From Candidatus Omnitrophota bacterium (GTDB lineage Bacteria > Omnitrophota > Gorgyraeia > Tantalellales > Tantalellaceae), in assembly GCA_015231405.1 (NCBI GenBank), contig JADGBR010000001.1:385762-449761 (forward strand): 64,000 bases of DNA. The letters are read 5' to 3'. The position numbers and the translations under genes are program-made. Shown one piece after another: positions 45,257 through 54,400 of this stretch; position 1 is the first letter of the stretch, and every line of letters starts with the position of its first letter. Under the pieces are notes generated by a model that did not search any database, was not told the origin of the DNA, and saw only the letters and a list, made by a program, of their open reading frames with translations.

Positions 45257-48200
45257 TTATAGCGATCTTAATACTTCTGTTTCGGCCTTATAGAATTCTC
45301 TTATTTCATTTACGTTAATAGGCCTTATCACCACAAGGATCTCTCCTGAAGCAACCAGCCTCCTCACTTGCTCAGAGTCCTTTGGAGCGATCATGTCCAG
45401 AAAATCCATATAATTTACCGTACCTGACATTAACGCCAGTCTTTTAGCGAAAAGCTCCGTCGCCTCGTTGATATCTTCCAGGTAAAGGCTTACATCGGTA
45501 GGCGCTCTCTCTAACCTGCTAGCCCAATGAGCGCTGTCCAGGTAGGCTATGCCCGCCAAGATCGACCCCTCAACCGGCTGTGTTTTTTTTCCTTCCGGGT
45601 TTTCGGTGCCTAAGTAGACCATATAGGCGTTTTTTTCAACTTCTTCATTCCTCATGTCTCCTTCGTTCCTTGATGTGAACACAATGGCTTTATTAACGCC
45701 GTATTGTTCTGTCATGGCAGCTATATCATGTACTTCATCGGGATTTGTCTCGTCAAAGAAACGTATCGTTATATTTCCTAATTTCAATTCCTTTATTTTG
45801 TCGCTTGCCGCGCCTCTGACTTCCTGTATATACCCCTGAAGTACAGAGTCAATTTCACCGGCCGCCTCGGCATTACGGCCTATTCCTATAAACGTCTCTT
45901 CGCCTTCAAAAATATTTTTCGAACACTTAGCAAATATACCCATGTCAAGATCTTTGGCCTTCGCCATGAGGTCCATGAAAATGTCGCTGTCAACGCTTAT
46001 CGGTTCAAGCCCATTGACCTTGATGACGATTGACGGCTTTTCGATATTTTTCAACGCGCTCGTTTCTCTTTCTACGCTTGGCTTTTGGCTGTTGATCTCA
46101 TGCGCAGATACTCCGCCGTTTTTGCCTGGCATTTTAGCGCTGGTCACTTCCTCATCAGGAACATCTCCCGCTGGCACACCGGCGAAAGTCGGAACTTGGC
46201 GGTTACCTGGCTTACTCATCGCGTTTATCACTATGGATTTCTCCATCTCGTCACGGTTTGACATGCGGTCTAGCTCATACTGGCTTGCTTCATACGCTTT
46301 TATAATATCATCCTTTACATCGGATTCCAGGGCGAGCGAGTTTATGTTGTCATGCAGAACCTTAAGAATAGCTTTAAATACCGCAAAGTCTTTCATTATC
46401 TCATCTGTACCTATTCCGCCTCTTTCTTTCGTGTCAAAGGCTTTGTTTAAAAGTATATCCGTAAAGCCTCCCCAAGGGTTCTTTAAGCGCCATTCAGCGT
46501 TAATATTCCTGAGCATGTCAATAATCGCGTTCCTTTGAAGCGCATGGATCTTATTCGCCGAAAGTCCCCTTCCGTCCCCGGAAGGTTTCATGCCAAGGAT
46601 CTTCACCAGGTCTCTCTTCGTCTGAAAGGTATTTATGATCGTACCCACGCTGTCTGCCTGCAGATTGAACAGGAATTTTCTTCTTGCTTCATCAGCTATC
46701 TCCGCAAGGTCATCCCATTCGCCGGATACCATCTTTATGACCAGGTCGTCATCACCGAATCTGGATCTGTCTTTGCCGACCACATCACGCCAGAAAATGT
46801 CCTCATTCGATACGGCAGTATCTCCCTTAAAACGAAGGTCAGATTTTTTTATCTTGAATTTGGCTTTTGTTCCGTTAAAGGTCTCGGCGTCTTTTACGCC
46901 GATTATCTCTAATTCACCGTTTTTCAATAAGCCCAGTAGAAAATCGTGTATCTGTTTGTTGTATCCCACATACTGATACCCTCTTGCCTTTTCGCCTTCA
47001 AGCCAGGCCTGATGAGTCTGTTTGGCAAGTAAAGCCAAAGCGTCATTCCCGGCCGAATCATATATGGAGCGTGTTTCATTAACAAATTTATCACGCATAT
47101 CTCCGCTTATTTTCTGCAGACTTTTCAAGGCATCATAGTTGGTCAAGCCGTTTTTCATCCGGGCAATGATCTCCCATTGCCGCACATTCCATTCTTCAGC
47201 CATGGCGTAAAACACATCATAGCTGAATGAACCTTGAATTACCGCTTTATCGGCAAACATATCCGTAAGATCTTTTACGGTCTTAGGCACCAGGTTGAGC
47301 TTAACATGTTTCAGGCTATTGATGTTTTTACCGGCCCTTACCCTGAAATCATTGTCCCCTTTTTGATAGACCTCTGTAAGGTTTCTAATAGATCCCGAAT
47401 AGAGGCTTATGACCTCATCCTCAACGCCTAGAGCTTGTAATCTTTCCGTTATTGCCTGGGCAACCTTCCTTTTTGCGGCGTTTTCGGTCAAAAAACTCTC
47501 CGCCGCCAATGCGCCTGATATATCCTCACCTATACCGCTAAGGCTTTCGACCTCCGGCCTTTCCCGGGTATTTTTTAATATTTCCGCTTCCAGTGCCGCT
47601 TCAGAATCGAGCTCTAAAAGTATGTCATTTATCTTTTCGGCGTCTTTCTGAAGAATACCCACCACCCCGGGGTTTAAGGCATATTTTCCAATATCCTTTC
47701 CGAGAACCGCGAATATTGCCTTCATTACGTCAAAATCTTTTTTAATTTCTTTCACGCCTATGCCGTTTTCACTTACGTCAAATGGCCTGTTCAGTAATTT
47801 ATCGTTATATCCTCCCCAGGGATTTTTCAACCTCCAAACGGCGTTTATATTTCTAAGCATTTCGATCACCGCCTGTTTCGCCTCATCGACGTTATCTGAT
47901 ACCATTCTGCTCATTAGTTCCGCGTCCTGCATAGCGTTAATGATCGCTCCTACGCTGTCTGCCTGCAGCTGGTAAAGGTAAGCCTTTCTTCCGGCAGGAT
48001 CTATGCCTTCAACATTATCGGCTATCTCAACTAGATCATCCCAGCTGCCGGCTATATTCTTTATTACAATATCTCCATCATCAAATGTATCGGCTTTTTT
48101 CCCTATAAGCTTCCAGAAGTCTGCCGCGGAATTGCCGGGCCTGAATTTAAGATCATTTTTCTTTATTTTAAACTTGGTCTTAGCGCCGTTAAAAGCGTTA

Positions 48201-51200
48201 ACATCGGCTATCCCTTCTATAGTAAGATCTCCCGCTGCCATCATCTTTACGATACCCCTATGAATAGCGATGTTATACCCAACGTATTTATCTCCTCTGG
48301 CCTTTTCGCTTACCAGCCAGGCTTCATGGGTTTCTTTCGCGAGTAGCAGTAATGCCTGGTTATCACTATCGTTGAGTTCTAATGTGCCGGATTCGAACGC
48401 CTTTCTCAATCTGTCGTTCTCAGCCTTTACCTTCATTAACCCCTCATATACGGGTAACGCCCCTGCCAAACGGGCCTCTACCTCTATTACGTCGGTATCC
48501 CAAGCCTTTGACAAAGCAAGGATGATGTCTGAGTTCACTTTATCTTTTACCTGCTGGGCGCTTCCAAACACGCCTTCCAGACTCCGGCCGTTCCCTAAAA
48601 CATTGACAAGGTCTTCTAATGTGACAAATTTTGCTTCTTCGATCCTCTTTTTGCAATAATCATACACCTCTTTTTCGAAATCACCCCATTCTTTTTCCTC
48701 TGTATCGCTGATCCACTCTATTTTCGTTGCCCTTCTGCCTTTTTCTTCTTTATGATATTCTTCTATAAGATTCAGAACATCCGCCGGCATCATATTGTCG
48801 ATCATGAATTTCATAAGATTCATCATGCCGTCTCTATTTTTACCGAACTTGACTTGCGCCCAGGCCCAGCGATGCGAACCGGCAACCTCAACGCTGCCTC
48901 TATTCCTGCGGTCCTTAACTTCATGTTCTTTTAAAGCCTCCAGCATAGCCGGATCCGATTTAAGCATTTCCATGGTCTCTCTGGTAACACAAATATCAAT
49001 TTCATCAACATTCCTGCGCTTTTTTCTTATTGCGAAATTGATCTTCCGGTCCGCGTTAAAGAATACCGGCTCAGTATGCATATTCGGTTGTAATACCCTG
49101 AAATGAACCTTATAACCGTCATAAGGAGAACCCTTTTCGCTGTATACCAGATCCTGATAACCTTCTTCCGGAAGCGAATTATTGAACACATCCTGAGCTG
49201 TCTGCCTTGGGTCGCCTGCCGTATCCCTAACCTGGTCGCCTATCTTTACGGCGGCTGAATTTTCGCTGCCGGTTATATGAGCGCTTGTTATCTCACTTAT
49301 ATTCAAAATAATATTTTTAAGATCGCCGTTCACTATCATGGCGTCCTGTTCATTTTCCGGCTTTGAGCCTTTGTATATACCCACGCTAACCGTTCTAGCT
49401 GTTTCCCCGTCACCTTTCATGTCCATCTTAAATGAAACTAAAAGATTGTCTGCCTTATCGATCTCACTTCCTGAAATAACGACATAAGACGATTCTGTCT
49501 TGCCTCCTAGCGCCGACTCATTCCATTCCTGCTGGACAATGAAATTCTCGCCTCTTCCAATTTTCGCCAAAACCGCTACCTGCCTTTCTATGCGCGCCCG
49601 GTCAGGGCTTTCTACATCGGAAAACGCCGACAGTATCGCGATATTGGCATTCGCGGGATTTAAAGCCATTACCATGTCCAAAAACTTGTCAAATTCCGAG
49701 ATATCGCCGGATAATAATCTGAAATATGGACAGCCTTCGTACACCTTGAATTTAGGCATCACGCTGATATATGAATATCCTTCCGCCGCGCAAAGTTCGC
49801 GGAGATTGCTTTTATGAAAACCTCCTGTTACGAGCACCGCGATATTGGTACCGTCGGCAATCAGCTTATCGTTTATCTTTGACATGAACGCTTCATCGCG
49901 CTCAAAGGAACAGTCATAAAATTTTTCCATCTGCTGCATAAAACCGTCCAGTCGATCGATACTTTCCGGAAGCTCAGAGGCAAAACCGTGTTTCCTGTTG
50001 AACCCATTAAACAACCTTTTAATGTTAGATACGCTGAATTCGCTTTTGTGGCTTTTGTAATAAAGGTAAGTGTCTTTTACCAGGCCCGCTCGCAGTAGAT
50101 CCCCGATTATTTCTAAATGCTTCTCAATGAGATACAGATCTTTCTGGTCATCCTCGCTCATAAGAGATAGCATAAGTTTCTCCTCGATCGCGGCGAGCTC
50201 TTTATGAAGCATTGCTTTATCAATTTTTTCAAACTGCTCAAGATACGCAGAATATTTGACCAGATTAGGCAGCTCATCGAAATCAATAAGCTCCTTCCTC
50301 GCCTTCCTAAAAAGATATTTATACAGATCATCTTCATTAATGTCCTTCGTCCCGGCCTTCAAAGACATCATCGCTAATTCTTGTTCGTCATTTCTGGACA
50401 GCTTTTTGCTCAGCTTTTCGGTCAAAAGGTTTCTTTCCTGTCTCGCCTTCCTGAAATCTATATATTGTTCCTGCTCGATAACCTTTACCAGATCATTAAA
50501 ATGCCCATATCCATCCATCGATACGCCATAAGTGCCGCAGTTTTTATTTAAAAGCAATACCAGTTCTTTAAATCCGTCTTTTTTGCCCCTCTGATCTTTA
50601 AGGCTCCCGCTGACCTGTATCATTTCTTTTGAATAAATCTTGCTTCGGTAATTTAAAACCATGCTCGTTAACGTATTGATATCTTTTTCAGCTTCATCTT
50701 TAAAAGACATGGAATCCCTGAAAGCATTGAGGTTTTTAAAATATAGCTCAGGCATTTCCACCCCGAAAAGTTCTACAGCCTCCGGATTTAATAATTTAAA
50801 GTATTCAGGTCCGCTTAGGCGTCCTTCCCTCACAAAATAATCGGCTATTTCCTCTCTGATAGCGGTATCCTGAATGTCAGTGAAAACTGAAAGATCATAT
50901 TGCCCGCTTCCACCTTCCAGAAAAACAAGGTCTACCCCGTGATTGGCCGATAAATATCCGATAATATTTGAAATGGACTTTTGCGCGAAGTAATTACAAT
51001 GCGCGTCTTGAATATGCAGAATTGTTTTTCCGTTTGTGCCTGGAAGAACATCCTGTACACTGCCCATGCTTAAAGGTATATCCAAGCCGGCAATATCTGG
51101 CGGCACTTGTGCTTGCAGGTTTTCAGCTTTGGCTGAAGTCTCAAACGAACCGAAAGAAAATAGACTAAACATAAAGAAGACCGAAGTTGCAAGTGATACG

Positions 51201-51235
51201 TAATTAGTAATGGTCTTTCGTTTATAAATATTCAT
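45257..51235 (-). CDS. Giant 1992-aa secreted protein with the shared N-terminal twin-GX2H domain, an internal ~230-aa duplicated module and the shared C-terminal EVLRSL domain
   Basis: AAGGA lies 7 nt upstream of the ATG at 51235. Signal peptide MNIYKRKTITNYVSLATSVFFMFSLFSFGSFETSAKA. ILHIQDAHC (~50999-51025) and TGGFH (49814-49828). Duplicated modules ALLLLAKETHEAWLVSEKARGDKYVGYN... (~48360-47700) and ALALLAKQTHQAWLEGEKARGYQYVGYN... (~47050-46350), each ending ...WRLKNPWGG.... C-terminus ...INVNEIREFYKAETEVLRSL. Confidence 0.9.
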   Translation of the reverse strand: MNIYKRKTITNYVSLATSVFFMFSLFSFGSFETSAKAENLQAQVPPDIAGLDIPLSMGSVQDVLPGTNGKTILHIQDAHCNYFAQKSISNIIGYLSANHGVDLVFLEGGSGQYDLSVFTDIQDTAIREEIADYFVREGRLSGPEYFKLLNPEAVELFGVEMPELYFKNLNAFRDSMSFKDEAEKDINTLTSMVLNYRSKIYSKEMIQVSGSLKDQRGKKDGFKELVLLLNKNCGTYGVSMDGYGHFNDLVKVIEQEQYIDFRKARQERNLLTEKLSKKLSRNDEQELAMMSLKAGTKDINEDDLYKYLFRKARKELIDFDELPNLVKYSAYLEQFEKIDKAMLHKELAAIEEKLMLSLMSEDDQKDLYLIEKHLEIIGDLLRAGLVKDTYLYYKSHKSEFSVSNIKRLFNGFNRKHGFASELPESIDRLDGFMQQMEKFYDCSFERDEAFMSKINDKLIADGTNIAVLVTGGFHKSNLRELCAAEGYSYISVMPKFKVYEGCPYFRLLSGDISEFDKFLDMVMALNPANANIAILSAFSDVESPDRARIERQVAVLAKIGRGENFIVQQEWNESALGGKTESSYVVISGSEIDKADNLLVSFKMDMKGDGETARTVSVGIYKGSKPENEQDAMIVNGDLKNIILNISEITSAHITGSENSAAVKIGDQVRDTAGDPRQTAQDVFNNSLPEEGYQDLVYSEKGSPYDGYKVHFRVLQPNMHTEPVFFNADRKINFAIRKKRRNVDEIDICVTRETMEMLKSDPAMLEALKEHEVKDRRNRGSVEVAGSHRWAWAQVKFGKNRDGMMNLMKFMIDNMMPADVLNLIEEYHKEEKGRRATKIEWISDTEEKEWGDFEKEVYDYCKKRIEEAKFVTLEDLVNVLGNGRSLEGVFGSAQQVKDKVNSDIILALSKAWDTDVIEVEARLAGALPVYEGLMKVKAENDRLRKAFESGTLELNDSDNQALLLLAKETHEAWLVSEKARGDKYVGYNIAIHRGIVKMMAAGDLTIEGIADVNAFNGAKTKFKIKKNDLKFRPGNSAADFWKLIGKKADTFDDGDIVIKNIAGSWDDLVEIADNVEGIDPAGRKAYLYQLQADSVGAIINAMQDAELMSRMVSDNVDEAKQAVIEMLRNINAVWRLKNPWGGYNDKLLNRPFDVSENGIGVKEIKKDFDVMKAIFAVLGKDIGKYALNPGVVGILQKDAEKINDILLELDSEAALEAEILKNTRERPEVESLSGIGEDISGALAAESFLTENAAKRKVAQAITERLQALGVEDEVISLYSGSIRNLTEVYQKGDNDFRVRAGKNINSLKHVKLNLVPKTVKDLTDMFADKAVIQGSFSYDVFYAMAEEWNVRQWEIIARMKNGLTNYDALKSLQKISGDMRDKFVNETRSIYDSAGNDALALLAKQTHQAWLEGEKARGYQYVGYNKQIHDFLLGLLKNGELEIIGVKDAETFNGTKAKFKIKKSDLRFKGDTAVSNEDIFWRDVVGKDRSRFGDDDLVIKMVSGEWDDLAEIADEARRKFLFNLQADSVGTIINTFQTKRDLVKILGMKPSGDGRGLSANKIHALQRNAIIDMLRNINAEWRLKNPWGGFTDILLNKAFDTKERGGIGTDEIMKDFAVFKAILKVLHDNINSLALESDVKDDIIKAYEASQYELDRMSNRDEMEKSIVINAMSKPGNRQVPTFAGVPAGDVPDEEVTSAKMPGKNGGVSAHEINSQKPSVERETSALKNIEKPSIVIKVNGLEPISVDSDIFMDLMAKAKDLDMGIFAKCSKNIFEGEETFIGIGRNAEAAGEIDSVLQGYIQEVRGAASDKIKELKLGNITIRFFDETNPDEVHDIAAMTEQYGVNKAIVFTSRNEGDMRNEEVEKNAYMVYLGTENPEGKKTQPVEGSILAGIAYLDSAHWASRLERAPTDVSLYLEDINEATELFAKRLALMSGTVNYMDFLDMIAPKDSEQVRRLVASGEILVVIRPINVNEIREFYKAETEVLRSL

Positions 51236-51440
51236 GGCTTAATCCTTATTATGCATTATTTGTTTAATCACACGGAAGATGCAAATTAGACAATTATTCG
51301 CCTTAATATCTAATCTACCTTGTTATTAAACTTACCCTGAATGTGTGTTTAAGTAACTTTTCGAAGTATAACTGATGGTTATTCTGTCGTTCAGACTGTG
51401 TTCGGTGAATTTCATACTGTGAAACAGTCTGAATTCTGAA

Positions 51441-54400
51441 TTACAACGACCTCAACACCTCTTTCTGGGCCTCGTCCCAGTCGGCTATTTCCTGGTAATT
51501 AATACGGGTTATCTGCATCCGGATAGTACCCTGGAACACTTTATTGAATAGGGTGTTCAATATGCCGTTGAGCTCTGTTACATCGGTGACATTATCAAGG
51601 TTGTCTATCAGGTCCGAGCTTTCCGTGTTCATTTCGAAAAACCTGCATGAGTTGAGGAATAGCATATGTTTTTTAAGGATACGTGCCTTTTCAGCTTCAT
51701 TATAGTTGACTTCTCCGGCGATTATACGACTGTCGGCGCATAGAATATCGCCGACGGCGATTATTTTAGCCTCATCCGGTTTGTATGTGCTAAGGGTAGC
51801 GGCATCGACCGGATCGTACATGATTATCACCATGTTCTGTATATCGGGAGAATATCCGCTTAAAACTTCTTTAACAGTTAGTTTATCGGAGTCGGTTATG
51901 CAGTCGACGGTTATTTTGGGATAGGACGTTTTGTCCCTGGCTATAGCTTTCATTGCCAGATCGTCGATCGCGTACTTGAGTCGGGTCGCCAGATCATTAT
52001 CAGGGTTATCGTCAAAATGAATTACCTGGTCTTTGATCTTATCGTTTTTATCAGCTTTTCTTCTGAATTCCTGGTCGATCGTCGTCTGAACTGACGCCAT
52101 TTCCGGGTTCGGGCTTCTTATGAGGTGAATGTTCACCGTGCCTTTAAGCATATCGCCCCGCATGGACATCAGTTTCAACGTAAATGCCTGATTGGCGTCC
52201 GGGTCGATATGGTCCTGTAGGCCGAAAAGCCATTCTTTTTTCGGTGAGGCGTCCAATATTTTATGTTCCTGTGAGCTGTTGTAACGAATAAGAGCCTCTT
52301 CGCTGTCTGACATCCCCAGAGGCCTGGTAAGCTTGATCTTTTCTCTTAGTTCCGCTATAAAATCGTCAATGCCGAGTTTTTTCAACCCCTCCGGGGAGAT
52401 CTCTTTTAGGAGCGTAGCATAAGCTATCCTTACGTCTTTTCCTACGCCGCGCATAAAAGTATGTCTTGTCATTTTGGCGAATTCGGCGCCTTCCGGCAAT
52501 TCTATGAAACCTTCGCCGAGTTCGTGTATAAGCGCCAGCGGGTCATCGATCAGGTCGCGGTTCAGGTAGATCACACCTGTATTTTTGTCAATTATACCCT
52601 TAAGGTCATTATTGGCATCATTTTCCTCCATATGATCGATCGGGACCGCCCTACTGACTGAGCCAAGCGAAGTGATAAGCTTTTCGACGATCTTTCTGTC
52701 TTTTTCAGTCAGAGTGCTCCGCCCTTTTTTAGATAAAAGGGCCTGTATTGTGTCGATGATCTCTTTGGTCGGCTTTTCAGGGATGTCCTTCGGAATTGAT
52801 AGTTCGATGGCTTCCATATTATCTCCGCTTGTGCTCTTCACGGTAAGGAGGGTGTCGCTAGGTCTTTCGACGGCGAAACCGCCTGTTTTTAAAACGCCGT
52901 TTACGAATACCTTGCCGATGAGGCTATGATTTTCGGAATTCGCTCCTTCCGTATAGACAGGGTCGGGTATGAATGTTCCGTTACGTGAATTGAGGTCATT
53001 AACAATCCATCCGTCGGTGCTGCCCGGAATTATTTCGCAATGTTCTCTTGACGCTTGTCTATGCGTGACCATGATCTGTTCGCTGTCCCGGCCTATGAGG
53101 ATCCTGCCTATCCCCGTAATAACATTTCGTTCTTTTCCCTTGCGTATAACGGCTTCAACATTTCCTGACGCTCGATCGCGCATGACACTTATTATCTCGA
53201 TCACCGGCGCACTGCGGCTTGCGCCGATCTTGACAAATCTGGGATTTGGTGCGATATTGCCGACGGCTATCCGTTTCCACTGGGTAGGTTTGTCGGTAAA
53301 TGTTCCGTTCCTTGATTCAAGGTCGGTAAGGATAATAGTATCTCCATATCTCCTCAGTTTAAAATGCTCCCTCGATACTGAGAGTTCGGTGACAAAGTGC
53401 GTTCTGAAAATATCTCCCTTCCTTCCGATGGTGAGCTCTTGGCCGTCTTTTAGCGCTTCCGATATCGATAACGAATCAAGGATAACCCCTGGACGGCTCA
53501 ATTTAGTTAAAACGATCCTGTTTCCATAGAAATGCAGAATAAAGTTCCCGAACTTCACTCTTTTGGGGTCTATGACGGGGTTGATCCTGTCTTTGGCGGG
53601 ATCGGTCAGATCCCGGTCGTTTTTAGCCTTGTACCAGATACCATCATCAAGATCGGATACTTCGTCCGGGTTTAATACGGATGTTATCTTAGGTACGGTC
53701 ATTCTGGTGCCGTTAAGTGATCCCCTGTCCGTTACTTTAACAAGGATCTTGCCGTCGAGCATATAGAATGTGAGCATAAGATGGTTTCGGGATATACCCG
53801 GCGAATTTCTCGGGTATCTATTAGGTTCCGCGTTGTTGAAGTTATTACCTATTGTTATGGGCGTATTGAATTCAATCGTATGATTTTCGTTCCCTATCCG
53901 GAGCATCCTGACATTTGCTGCGCCGGCCGTAATTGAGCAAATTTCATTTTCAGGAGCGTCGGCATTTTTCCCCGAAATGGTAAAATGTATTTCATCAGAA
54001 TCGTTATTAAGCGTTATTAATCGCGGGATCATGCTTGAGGTATCGCTTCTATGCATATCGAATGACAGTCCGGGTTGAGGATTTAAAGGCATCACCGGCA
54101 GTAAAGCCAGGCTTAGCGCCCGTTCCATAATAGTATTGGATACCGATCCCGGGTCATTATCCAGCCGGGCGAGGACATCGGCGACAAGTTGATGTCTCAT
54201 TGTCCAATCGTAAATATCGTTATAGACCGAAACAAAACTTGTTATGGCTCTACGTGTTGTCAGAGCCAGGTCATCCGATTTCCCCGCGATGATAGCTCTT
54301 CCGGTCCGGTGATACTTTTCATGCAAGAGGATCAAACCCTGGTGGCTTATAAGATTCCTTTCGACGGCCCAAAGGAGCTGAGCTTTAGCCAGATCGATCC

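Noticed and set aside
51370-51425. Hairpin (TCAGACTGTGTT...AACAGTCTGA) between the two minus-strand giants, considered as an intrinsic terminator
   Set aside because: No T-tract follows it on the transcribed (-) strand. It may still be a processing or stability element, but it cannot be called a rho-independent terminator.
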